A DNA stretch of 64,000 nucleotides from Dehalococcoidia bacterium (GTDB lineage: Bacteria > Chloroflexota > Dehalococcoidia > Lucifugimonadales > G963668185), in contig OZ220745.1 of the NCBI GenBank assembly GCA_965116985.1, positions 2,788,461 to 2,852,460 on the forward strand, given 5' to 3'. The notes beneath the pieces are model-generated. The model saw only the letters and a list, made by a program, of their open reading frames with translations. It searched no databases and was not told where the DNA came from. Positions 45,101-53,696 of this stretch are shown in pieces. The position numbers and the translations under genes were made by a program. The first letter of the stretch is position 1. Each line of letters starts with the position of its first letter.

Positions 45101-47605
45101 CTAGCTCCGCAGGCGCGCGCCCTCGGGGTCCCAGAGCGGTTCGGCTGCGACGGTCGCGGCGTGGCGGCGGCCGAGGTACTCGATCTCTACTGCTGTGCCC
45201 ACCTCGGTGTGCTCGATGGGAAGGTACCCGTAGGCGATGCCCTTGCCGACTGAGTAGCCGTAATCGGCGCTGGTAACGTTCCCGACGGTCTGACTGCCAA
45301 TGATGATTGGTTCGTTGCCCATGGCTACGCCGTCCGGGTTATCGAACGTGATGCAGCACAGCCTGCGGTTGGCGCCCCTTTCCCGGATTCGCAGGAGCGC
45401 CTCTTTGCCGATGAAGCTGGCCCTCTTGATACGCGAAGGGTTCGAGTGCGTGCTGTCGCGCATAAGCCCGGCCTCGAAGGGGTTGAAGGTGGTATTCATG
45501 TCGGGGCCCCAGAAGCGGTAGCCTTTTTCCAAGCGCATCGAGGCGCCGTATGCGCCGCCGCCTGCCGCGACCATGCCGTGTTCCTGGCCGGCTTCCCATA
45601 TCGTGTCCCACAGCTTGAGGCCGAACTCTGTCGGCGTGTATATCTCCCAGCCCAACTCGCCGACGTACGAGATCCGGAACATGGTCGCGGAGATGTCGCC
45701 GAACGCGACTTCGCGGACGGTGGCAAATGGGAAGGCATCGTTGGACAGATTGTCGTCGCAGACCGATTGCAGGATTTCCCTGCTCTGCGGCCCCCATACG
45801 CCCACCACGGCTAGGCCCGAAGTTGCGTCCTGGAAGTGGACGCTTCTGTCGTCCGGCAATTGTTGTGTGAGCCAAGCGAGGTCGTGCATTCCAACGCCGC
45901 CGCCTGTGACCACGCGGAAGAGGTCCTCTGCCAGCCTCAGGATCGTCAGGTCGGCAACGATTCCGCCGTGCTGATCGACCAGGGGCGTGTAGGTGCCGCG
46001 GCCAACAGGCTGGTCCATCCTGTGGACGGCCACACGCTCGAGGAAGTCCAGCGCGCCGGGGCCTGAGATGTCCAGCTTCTGGAATGACGTGAGGTCGAAC
46101 ATGCCGGCCCTCGCCCTGACGGCCTGGTGCTCCGCGCCGATAATGCGAGACCACCACATGCCCTCCCAGCCCGATCGGTCCGGCACTTCGAACTCACCTA
46201 GCAAGGGCGCATTGGACTCATACCACTGAGGTCGCTCCCAGCCCGCCGACTCGTAGAACACGGCGTCAAGTTCCTGCTGCCTCGGGTAGAACGGGCTGCG
46301 GCGGTTGTCCCGCCCCTGCGACCACTGCTCCTGTGGATGGACGATGCCGTAGATCTTCTGGAAGTTCTCTGAAGTCCTCGCGTTTACGTGCCGCTTCTGT
46401 AGCTGATGGTCGTGGAACCTCGCGTAGTCCACGGCGTGAGAGTCGACCTCAGACGCGCCGTCCATCATCAGTTCAGTCAGCATCTTGGCGGCGCCAGGTG
46501 CGTCCTTCACCCATATTGCCTCCGCCGCCCAGAAGCCGCGAACGTGGCGCGACTCGCCGATGATCGACGCGGAGTCGGGCGTCACCGAGAGGAGGCCGTT
46601 GAAGCCGAACTGCAGTCCGGCGTTTGCCAGCACCGGCATGACTTCAATAATCGACTCCATGGCAGGCATGAAGTGCTCTTCTGTGAAGGGCATCATCGCG
46701 GGCGAGTACTGCGCGTCGTCGGGGGAAGGGATGTCCCATGCGTCGGTGATCATTGATGGATGCATATAGGAGCCGACTTCCCACGTGTCGTGCTCCTGGC
46801 GCACGTACATGGAGCGGTCTTGGTCTCGCAGGAGCGGCCACTCGATGTGGCCCTTCGCGCCGGCCAGCTCCTCGGTGGGGCTCGTGTAGACAAGCTGGTG
46901 ATGCATGGGCGCCAGTGGAATCGGTGAGCCGATCATGTCGCCGATGGCCGGTCCCCAGATGCCAGCACAGCAGACCACGGTGTCTGCCTCGACCGTGCCC
47001 CGCGTGGTCTCGACTCCTACGACGCGGCCGCGCACGACATCGAAGCCTGTCACCTTCGTGTTCGACAGAAGATGGAGCGCGCCCATCTCTTTGGCTTGGC
47101 GCACCATCTCAGCGGCGGCGTCGACTGCGCGTGTGACCAGGCCCGCGCTCGGCGTCCACATGGCGCCCCGGATGTGAGTCAAGTCGAGGAACGGGAACAG
47201 GTCCTTCGCCTCTCCGGGGGTGATCATCTCCGCGTGGATCCCCCAAGACTTGCCTGACGCGACTTTGCGATGCAGTTCCTGCATTCGATCGGCGGTCCGA
47301 GCTAGCTCAATGCCCCCGGCAGTCACAAAGCAGGGCTTGCCGTCGTGTACCAGCGAGGCGAAGAAGTCGAGGCCGTACTTCGAGAACTTCGCGTTGACCT
47401 CGGAGTGGTCGACGGGGAAGGAGAAGTTGGACGCGTGCTGGGTAGAGCCGCCCGGCTCCGGCCACTTGTCCTGCTCAAGGATGAGGATGTCTTTCACGCC
47501 GCGCTTGGCGAGATGGTACGCGACGCCGCATCCCATGATGCCCGCGCCGATGATGACTATGTTCGCTGCTTTGGGCAGGACCCTGGATGGGGCGCCCTGC
47601 GTCAT
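45101..47605 (-). CDS. Dimethylglycine/sarcosine dehydrogenase-type enzyme (FAD DAO domain fused to GcvT aminomethyltransferase domain)
   Basis: N-terminus IVIIGAGIMGCGVAYHLA (FAD). The C-terminal half has GcvT-like folate-binding motifs (MFDLTSFQKLDISGPGA, YVGELGWEIY). Confidence 0.9.
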   Translation of the reverse strand: MTQGAPSRVLPKAANIVIIGAGIMGCGVAYHLAKRGVKDILILEQDKWPEPGGSTQHASNFSFPVDHSEVNAKFSKYGLDFFASLVHDGKPCFVTAGGIELARTADRMQELHRKVASGKSWGIHAEMITPGEAKDLFPFLDLTHIRGAMWTPSAGLVTRAVDAAAEMVRQAKEMGALHLLSNTKVTGFDVVRGRVVGVETTRGTVEADTVVCCAGIWGPAIGDMIGSPIPLAPMHHQLVYTSPTEELAGAKGHIEWPLLRDQDRSMYVRQEHDTWEVGSYMHPSMITDAWDIPSPDDAQYSPAMMPFTEEHFMPAMESIIEVMPVLANAGLQFGFNGLLSVTPDSASIIGESRHVRGFWAAEAIWVKDAPGAAKMLTELMMDGASEVDSHAVDYARFHDHQLQKRHVNARTSENFQKIYGIVHPQEQWSQGRDNRRSPFYPRQQELDAVFYESAGWERPQWYESNAPLLGEFEVPDRSGWEGMWWSRIIGAEHQAVRARAGMFDLTSFQKLDISGPGALDFLERVAVHRMDQPVGRGTYTPLVDQHGGIVADLTILRLAEDLFRVVTGGGVGMHDLAWLTQQLPDDRSVHFQDATSGLAVVGVWGPQSREILQSVCDDNLSNDAFPFATVREVAFGDISATMFRISYVGELGWEIYTPTEFGLKLWDTIWEAGQEHGMVAAGGGAYGASMRLEKGYRFWGPDMNTTFNPFEAGLMRDSTHSNPSRIKRASFIGKEALLRIRERGANRRLCCITFDNPDGVAMGNEPIIIGSQTVGNVTSADYGYSVGKGIAYGYLPIEHTEVGTAVEIEYLGRRHAATVAAEPLWDPEGARLRS

Positions 47606-47668
47606 GTTTGCTCCTTGGGGTGGTCATTGACTTGCGGTGCCATTGCCACGCACACCATCCCGTTCACC

Positions 47669-47711
47669 CTCACCCTATCCCTCTCCCATCAATGGAGAGG
47701 GATAGGGTGAG
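47669..47711. repeat. Perfect 18-bp-stem palindromic element
   Basis: CTCACCCTATCCCTCTCC-catcaat-GGAGAGGGATAGGGTGAG lies in the spacer between the XDH-type gene and the DMGDH gene. Confidence 0.8.
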
Positions 47712-47791
47712 CGGGCGGAGTTCGTGCGCAACACCCAGCTGCGGCCGCTTCGGCCCCATCTCAGCCTTCCTCTGCAGACGTGGTTGGGCCT

Positions 47792-47820
47792 CTGGATACC
47801 GGCCTCCGCCGGTATGACGG
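47792..47820. repeat. Short REP-like hairpin element (family D)
   Basis: CTGGATACCGGC-ctcc-GCCGGTATGACGG. The same architecture occurs at ~56116, 57738-57920 (x3) and ~58792. Confidence 0.8.
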
Positions 47821-47887
47821 CAAACGGTGGTCCCCCCGAACATTGAGGTCTGCCTACTAAGTCTGAAGAGTTATGTGTTGAGGCGGG

Positions 47888-50173
47888 CTAACCGTTGTTG
47901 AGGGCCTCTGTGACGGTGACCGGGTTCATTGGCAGCCGATCGATTCTTGCGCCTGTTGCGCGGTAGATCGCGTTGGCGATTGCCGCAGGCGGAGGAACGA
48001 TCGAGACTTCGCCGACGCCCCTCACGCCGTACGGGTGGCTCGGGTTGGGCACCTCGACGATGACCGTGTCGATCATTGGAAGATCGAGAGACGTGGGCAT
48101 CCTGTAGTCCAGGAAGGTGCTGTTGGTCATGTCCCCGTCGTCCGTGTAGAAGTACTCCTCGTTGAGCGCCCAGCCGATGCCCTGCACGGCGCCGCCCTGC
48201 ATCTGGCCCTCCACGTAGCTTGGGTGGATCGCCTTGCCGGCGTCCTGTGCCATCGTGAAGCGCAGGAGGTCCACCTTGCCCGTGTCCGGGTCGACCTTCA
48301 CGTCGGCCAACACGGCCGAGTAGGCTCCGCCCGGTCCGGCGGCGTCGACGGCAGCGCGTCCCACGATTGGGCCGCCCGTGTCGTTGAGCTGGCCGGCCAG
48401 ATCCTTGAACGTCATGTTGAGTTCGGGATCGGCCTTGGACCTAAAGACGCCGTCCGCAAGTTCTAGCGAGTCGACATCCACGTCCCAGATGCTGGCCGCG
48501 CGCTCGAGCATCTGCTGCTTGATGTGCTGCGCGGCGTTGTGGGCCGCGAGTCCGGTGGCGAACGTTACGCGGCTGCCGCCGGTGCCGGCGGTGTAGCCGA
48601 TGGAGTCGGTGTCGGCGACCTTGGGGTTGACGCTCTCAGCAGCGATGCCGAGCACCTCGGCGGCCTGCATCGCAATGGACGCCCTTGTGCCGCCAATGTC
48701 GGTCGAGCCTTCCACCAGGTTTATCGTGCCGTCGGTGTTGACGGAGATCGTGCAGCTCGACTGGCCGCCGCCGTTCATCCAGTAGCCGATGGCCATGCCG
48801 CGGCCAACGTTCTCGCCCTCCAACGGAGCGCTGTAGTGCGGATGGTCTCTCAGAGCCTCCAGCGTCTCGATGCAACCGATGCGCGGGTTGACGGGGCCGT
48901 CCGCGCGCCTGCTGCCCTCTTTGGCGGCGTTCTTCAGCCGGAAATCGATCGGGTCCATGTCCAGCTTCTCGGCGATTTCGTCGAGCACCGTCTCCGCCGC
49001 GAACGCGGCGTTGGTCGCTCCGGGGGCCCGGTACGCGCCCGACTTCGGCTTGTTCACGACGACGTCGTAGCCGTCGATCAGAACGTTCTCAACGTCGTAC
49101 GGCGCGTAGATCGTCATAGAGCCGGCACCCACGGGCGAGCCCGGGTACGCGCCGGCCTCGTACGCCATGTATGCCTGGGCCGCGGTGATCGTGCCGTCGT
49201 TTGTGGAGCCGATCTTTACCCTGATGTAGGAGCCCGACGTGGGCCCGGTGCCCTCGAAGACCTCCTTGCGGCTCATGATCGTCTTTACCGGCCTGCCAGC
49301 CTGCTTGGACAGGAGGGCGGTGATCGACTCCTGGTGGAGCGGGAACTTGCCGCCGAAGCCGCCGCCGATTTCCATCGGCGTGACCTTCACCTGCGACACG
49401 GGGATGTCCAGCGACTGGGCCACGGCGGCGCGGACCTCGAACGGGCCCTGCGAGCTTGTCCAGATGTGGAGACGGCCGTCCTCGTTCCAGAGGGCGGTCA
49501 CGTTCTGCGGCTCGATGTAGCCCTGGTGAACGGTCTCGGTGTTGAATTCGCGCTCGACGACGATGTCGGCCTTCGCGAAGCCTTCGTCCACGTCGCCCAG
49601 CCTGTGCTGGAAGTGCTCGGCGACGTTCGTGTGCGCGGTGCCTGTCTCGCCCATCTCCGAGGTCCTGAGTTCGTCGATGAGGATGGGCGCGCCGTCCTTC
49701 ATCGCCTCGGGCGCGGTCAGAACTGCCGGTAGGGGCTCGTACTCGACCTCGATAAGGTCGAGCGCCTCCTGAGCGATGTGAGGGCTTGCAGCTGCCACCG
49801 CCGCGACCGCGTGGCCCTTGTACAGCACCTTGTGCACGGCCATGGCGTTGCTCTGCAAGTAGTAGAGGTCAACTGCGCCCTCGCCTGTGTCGACCATCTG
49901 GCCGAAACTCGCGCTGGGCAGATCGCTGCCTGTGGCGACTGCATGAACGCCGGGAAGCGCGCTTGCCTTCGAGGTGTCGATCGACCTAATGCGGGCGTGG
50001 GCGTACGGGCTACGAAGTATCGCGGCGTGAAGCAGACCCACAGCGTTGAAGTCGCCGCCGTACAGGGCGCGGCCCGTAACCTTGTCGGCGCCGTCGTGCC
50101 GGATGGGCCGCGTGCCGACCACGTTGTACTTTCCGGTCTCAAGGACTACGTTCGGTTCGTATGTGGTGGTCAT
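47888..50173 (-). CDS. Xanthine dehydrogenase/aldehyde oxidase-family molybdopterin-binding large subunit (CoxL/CutL-like)
   Basis: N-terminal a/b-hammerhead region (VGTRPIRHDGADKVTGRALYGGD) and GGGFGGK motif. The 761-aa length fits the family. Confidence 0.9.
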   Translation of the reverse strand: MTTTYEPNVVLETGKYNVVGTRPIRHDGADKVTGRALYGGDFNAVGLLHAAILRSPYAHARIRSIDTSKASALPGVHAVATGSDLPSASFGQMVDTGEGAVDLYYLQSNAMAVHKVLYKGHAVAAVAAASPHIAQEALDLIEVEYEPLPAVLTAPEAMKDGAPILIDELRTSEMGETGTAHTNVAEHFQHRLGDVDEGFAKADIVVEREFNTETVHQGYIEPQNVTALWNEDGRLHIWTSSQGPFEVRAAVAQSLDIPVSQVKVTPMEIGGGFGGKFPLHQESITALLSKQAGRPVKTIMSRKEVFEGTGPTSGSYIRVKIGSTNDGTITAAQAYMAYEAGAYPGSPVGAGSMTIYAPYDVENVLIDGYDVVVNKPKSGAYRAPGATNAAFAAETVLDEIAEKLDMDPIDFRLKNAAKEGSRRADGPVNPRIGCIETLEALRDHPHYSAPLEGENVGRGMAIGYWMNGGGQSSCTISVNTDGTINLVEGSTDIGGTRASIAMQAAEVLGIAAESVNPKVADTDSIGYTAGTGGSRVTFATGLAAHNAAQHIKQQMLERAASIWDVDVDSLELADGVFRSKADPELNMTFKDLAGQLNDTGGPIVGRAAVDAAGPGGAYSAVLADVKVDPDTGKVDLLRFTMAQDAGKAIHPSYVEGQMQGGAVQGIGWALNEEYFYTDDGDMTNSTFLDYRMPTSLDLPMIDTVIVEVPNPSHPYGVRGVGEVSIVPPPAAIANAIYRATGARIDRLPMNPVTVTEALNNG

Positions 50174-50436
50174 ACCTTTGCGCTCTCCTCACGGGTAAGA
50201 GTTGTGCGGGTGTCGAAGGCAACCTGCCGGGCAGGCCGCAACGGGCTTCGAACGTTCGCGATTGTAGCTGTGCCGCGCCGGTACTGACAAGGCGCGAGGG
50301 ATGGCTGTGTGAGGCTTCCCGTCTGGGCATGCGGCGTGAGGCGGCTCTTCCCAACCCGTCCCCTCTCACCCTCACCCCTTCGACCGGCGCAGGGCGAGGG
50401 CGGGGGATGGGAAGTCGGAGTCGATGGCGCGTGCGT

Positions 50437-50510
50437 CCCCGCCCCACTGGATTCCGGCTGACCCCTGGTTCACGCTTGCGCGTGAATACCGGAATGACGG
50501 GTTTCCGGGG
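50437..50510. repeat. REP/MITE-like nested-hairpin element, family A copy 1
   Basis: CCCCGCCCCACTGGATTCCGGCTG..GGTTCACGC-ttg-CGCGTGAATACCGGAATGACGGGTTTCCGGGG. Outer arms are ATTCCGG/CCGGAAT, inner arms TTCACGC/GCGTGAA. Confidence 0.85.
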
Positions 50511-50592
50511 TGGGCTGGCTTTTTTGTAGGCGCTGGGGGCGGCCTGATGTGGGCGCTGGGGCGGACTTGGGGCGAGGGCTGGCTTGCGTAAG

Positions 50593-50631
50593 GCCCTTCG
50601 ACAGGCTCAGGGCGAACGGGTTCCTGTCGAC
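50593..50631. repeat. Dispersed repeat family B1
   Basis: GCCCTTCGACAGGCTCAGGGCGAACGGGTTCCTGTCGAC. Related copies occur at ~38573 (reverse complement), ~51548 (inside a CDS), ~52395-52470 and ~52505-52580. Confidence 0.75.
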
Positions 50632-50656
50632 GCTTTGGTGTGGCGCGTGGTGGGAC

Positions 50657-50682
50657 GGGCCGTTCGCGAACGGCCCCTACGC
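50657..50682. repeat. Dispersed palindrome family B2
   Basis: GGGCCGTTCG|CGAACGGCCC is a 20-bp perfect palindrome, followed by CTACGC. It recurs at ~52305-52330 and, as a variant, at ~60205-60230. Confidence 0.85.
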
Positions 50683-50736
50683 CTGAAGGATGGCGGCGGG
50701 GTTCTGTTGCCGGAGGGTGTTGGCGGGCGTGACGTG

Positions 50737-50809
50737 CCCCGCCCCACTGGATTCCGGCTGCCCCCGGTTCACGCTTTCGCGTGAATACCGGAATGACGGG
50801 TTTGCGGGG
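50737..50809. repeat. Family A copy 2
   Basis: Near-identical to copy 1 and starts 300 bp downstream of it. Confidence 0.85.
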
Positions 50810-50941
50810 TGAGGCGGGTGCCTGGGAACAACCTTGTTTTGCGGGCAACGGCTTTAGATTCTTCACTCCGCTTTGCTTCGTTCAGAATGACAGTTCTGTG
50901 TGGGTTCCTGTAATCGAGGCGAGTGGTTCGATAGGCGAAGT

Positions 50942-51016
50942 GCCCCCGCCCCTCTGGATTCCGGCTACCCCCGGTTCACGCTTTCGCGTGAATGCCGGAA
51001 TGACGGGTTTCCGGGG
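50942..51016. repeat. Family A copy 3
   Basis: GCCCCCGCCCCTCTGGATTCCGGCTACCCCCGGTTCACGCTTTCGCGTGAATGCCGGAATGACGGGTTTCCGGGGG. Confidence 0.85.
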
Positions 51017-51081
51017 GTGGGCTGGTTCTTTTGCCGGTGCGGCGTGTGTTCGAACGTGACGCTGCGGCAGGGACGCGGGGA

Positions 51082-52095
51082 TCAAGGGGGAGCGTCGGTG
51101 TTCCCTCGAGAGGGTTGGGACAGGTTGTCGTCGTCATCGGCAGGTTCTTCCCCGGGGTCCGAGTCCTTTTTGGTGTTTTGGGCGATGAAGGCGGAGGGCG
51201 TCCGGCATGAGTCACGGATTCGCCTGATCGCGTCCATGACTTCGCCTGCGGCGATGGACAGTTCTACCGCTGTGCGCGCGTGTTCCTTGAAGTAGTGCTC
51301 CGTTCCGTTGTGCACGATGATGCTGCTCGTCTCGTCGGGGTTGAATGCTCCGGGCTTCTCGGGCGGCGGGAGTCTGCCGACGGCGTCCATCAGGGCGTCC
51401 GACGCTTTGAAGACTGCCCGGGTGTTCATGCCGTCGTCCCGGCTGTGGCCGTAGGTGTTGACGTACGGGGGCTCGTAGTCGAGGAGGATGTCGGCGTCGG
51501 CTTCGGCGGTGGAGTCTTCAGAGGACGCCTGTTGCGGTCCGACAGATCCCTTCGACAGGCTCAGGACAGGCTCACCAAGAGCGGGTTGGGTCGCGCCTGC
51601 GGACGTGTAATGGCGAGCCCCATTCCTGTCCTCGCCGGAAGGCTGGGGAAAGAGTGGTAGGTCGTCGGGGGCTTCGTCGAAGCCGCGGCGGAGCAGTTCC
51701 TTGGCGGCGTCGATGCGATGGTGCGGTCCGAACCCGGGCATGAATCCGAGCATGACGTCGACCAGGAAGCGTACGGCCCGGCGGCCTCCGTCGGTCTCGG
51801 CGCGTATGAAGAGCGCGAGGTCGGGGTTGAGGTTGGCGGTGTCGATGGTGTCTGACTCGGGCTTCTGCTGCTCTGCACGCTTTAGCGATGTCGCAGGTAT
51901 GCTGGCGAACTCCTTCGCTTCGTCGAAGCCGAGTTTGATTAGCTGGCGTGCGGCGTCGAGCCTGTGGTGAGGCTTGGCGTCGCGTATCTCGTCCTGCATT
52001 GCTGCGACGAGGAATCGCACGATGAGTCTGCCGTCCCTGGTCTCTTCTCGGACGATGCTCTGTATTGGTGATAAGGACTGCGTTTCGCTAGACAC
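51082..52095 (-). CDS. Hypothetical protein with an internally duplicated ~45-aa N-terminal motif and a repeat-derived linker
   Basis: Third-position GC is high throughout, which is coding-like. The motif occurs twice: DGRLIVRFLVAAMQDEIRDAKPHHRLDAARQLIKLGFDEA and GGRRAVRFLVDVMLGFMPGFGPHHRIDAAKELLRRGFDEA. The linker PVLSLSKGS is encoded by a family B1 repeat. GTG start. Confidence 0.55.
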   Translation of the reverse strand: MSSETQSLSPIQSIVREETRDGRLIVRFLVAAMQDEIRDAKPHHRLDAARQLIKLGFDEAKEFASIPATSLKRAEQQKPESDTIDTANLNPDLALFIRAETDGGRRAVRFLVDVMLGFMPGFGPHHRIDAAKELLRRGFDEAPDDLPLFPQPSGEDRNGARHYTSAGATQPALGEPVLSLSKGSVGPQQASSEDSTAEADADILLDYEPPYVNTYGHSRDDGMNTRAVFKASDALMDAVGRLPPPEKPGAFNPDETSSIIVHNGTEHYFKEHARTAVELSIAAGEVMDAIRRIRDSCRTPSAFIAQNTKKDSDPGEEPADDDDNLSQPSRGNTDAPP

Positions 52096-52102
52096 GCGTT
52101 CT

Positions 52103-52132
52103 AGTTTAAGTCTCTGCGAACTAGTGTGTCAA
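52103..52132 (-). promoter_or_regulatory. Promoter candidate giving a leaderless transcript for 51082-52095
   Basis: Minus strand reads TTGACA - 18 nt - TAAACT - 7 nt - GTG start codon. Confidence 0.35.
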
Positions 52133-52190
52133 GAGGGTGTTTGGAATTGGCGAGGACTTGGAGGTTAGTGCATGGTGGCTGTCGGGAGGT

Positions 52191-52258
52191 GCCCCGCCCC
52201 TCTGGATTCCGGCTGGCCCCCGGGTTCACGCTGTCGCGGGAGTGCCGGGATGGCGGGG
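52191..52258. repeat. Family A copy 4 (diverged)
   Basis: GCCCCGCCCCTCTGGATTCCGGCTGGCCCCCGGGTTCACGCTGTCGCGGGAGTGCCGGGATGGCGGGG. Confidence 0.75.
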
Positions 52259-52304
52259 TTGTGGTGTGGGTTGGTTCTACTTCGCCGGCGTGGCGCCCCG
52301 GGGC

Positions 52305-52330
52305 GGGCCGTTCGCGAACGGCCCCTACGC
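52305..52330. repeat. Family B2 palindrome, second copy
   Basis: GGGCCGTTCGCGAACGGCCCCTACGC, identical to the copy at ~50657. Confidence 0.85.
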
Positions 52331-52869
52331 GTGGTCTTTGGAGGGCGGGGATAGGTGGTGGGCGGACCTCTAGCGGACGCTGCTCGGCGGAAGGACCTTC
52401 GACTGGCCCCTTCGACGGGGTCAGGACGGGGTCAGGACACGGTTAGGGCGAACGGGTTGGGGGCTACGCTTTGGGGGACTTGGGGCGAGAGTTGGTTTGT
52501 GGAAGGCCCCTTGGTCGGGGTCAGGGCAGGCTCCATCGCCGGGCTTGGGGCAGGGTCAGGGCGAACGGGGTGGAGGCGAGTCCTTCCATGGGCTTTGGGC
52601 GGGCGGCTTCCTGCTGACGCATGAATGCCGGCATGACGGTGATTCGGCGTGAGGTGATCCTCTGCCGGAGTGGAGTGTGTTCGAAGATCCTCCTTTGGGG
52701 TGAATGCGGGAATGGCGAAGGAGCACGGCTGACTCTTGCGGAGGACGACATTCGAAGTTGAACGGTTACGTGTGAGGGTTGCGCTTGCGACTGCCTTGTG
52801 CATTGGGGAAGATTGGCAAGATTCCGTGGGCAGGTTATTGAACAAGACTGAAGATTGCGAGGTAGCGTG

Positions 52870-53325
52870 ATGAACCGTGAAGAGACGCTCGGCGCCATTG
52901 GCAAGTCCTGGCAGGAACTCAGGGACGCCATCGCGCAAGTCCCGGAAGACCGCCTGGATGAGCGGAGTGTGGGAGGGCCGTGGTCAGTGAAGGACCTCAT
53001 CGGGCACGTTACGACGTGGGAGGTGGAGGCCCTGCAGGCCATGCGCAGCTATCTGGACGACGGCGACTTCGATGCGCTCACTGCCTGGCCGGAGGACCTC
53101 GACGGCTTCAATGCGAGGGAGGTGGAGGGCAAGAGGAGGACCGATCTGGCGGAGTTGCTCCGGGAGCTGGACGACACTCATTCACGGACCGTCGAGTTGA
53201 TCGCGGCGCTTGGGGAGGCGGAGTTCAAGAAGAGCGAGGTTAGCGAGCGTATCCGCATAGACACGTACTACCACTACGAGGACCACGCGGGACAGATACG
53301 CCGTTGGCTGGAGGGGGCGGAGTAG
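52870..53325 (+). CDS. DinB-superfamily four-helix-bundle protein (ClbS/DfsB-like)
   Basis: WSVKDLIGHVTTWE and YYHYEDHAGQIRRW carry the His-rich metal-site pattern of DinB-like proteins. ATG 52870 is preceded by GAGG. Confidence 0.65.
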   Translation: MNREETLGAIGKSWQELRDAIAQVPEDRLDERSVGGPWSVKDLIGHVTTWEVEALQAMRSYLDDGDFDALTAWPEDLDGFNAREVEGKRRTDLAELLRELDDTHSRTVELIAALGEAEFKKSEVSERIRIDTYYHYEDHAGQIRRWLEGAE

Positions 53326-53381
53326 ATTCTGCTGAATGGTACTATGGTGAGTGCAGGAGCACGCGTTTCGATGGAGGAAGT

Positions 53382-53696
53382 ATGAGGGATACGGACGCTC
53401 CGGCGCCCGCGCAGTCACCGAGGCCCACCGCGCCGACCCGCCCGAAGGAGGAGATTGCCCGGCTGGGCAAGGACTTCTACGAACGTGACATCCGTCCCAA
53501 AGTCGAAGCAGACCACGTTGGAGAGGTGGTCGCTATTGACGTGGAGACCGGCATCTGGGCCATCGACGGCGAGGTGCTTGAGGCGGTAGATCGTCTGCGG
53601 ACGAAGCGCCCGGAGGCTGTCGATGTATTTTGTGGGCGGATCGGGTACCGGGCCCTGGACAGCTTCGGAGGCGGATCACTGCGGATGACAGAGTGA
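53382..53696 (+). CDS. Small hypothetical protein, upstream partner of the retropepsin-like protease
   Basis: GGAGG lies 5 nt upstream of the ATG. A Pro/Ala-rich N-terminus is followed by GEVVAIDVETGIWAIDGEVLEAVDRLRTKRPEA. Its stop overlaps the next gene's start (GTGA). Confidence 0.55.
   Translation: MRDTDAPAPAQSPRPTAPTRPKEEIARLGKDFYERDIRPKVEADHVGEVVAIDVETGIWAIDGEVLEAVDRLRTKRPEAVDVFCGRIGYRALDSFGGGSLRMTE

Noticed and set aside
48524-49732. 402-aa plus-strand ORF opposite the XDH-family gene.
   Set aside because: Shadow ORF. The minus frame has the GGGFGGK motif and a full-length family architecture.
50372-53042. ORF-track entries within the repeat patch (50372-50866, 50161-50529, 52432-52938, 52521-53042 and others).
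   Set aside because: Their translations are concatenated repeat elements (PLDSGFRRNDG-, PFDRLRANG- and GRSRTAPT-like strings) that recur in non-coding positions. They are not genes.
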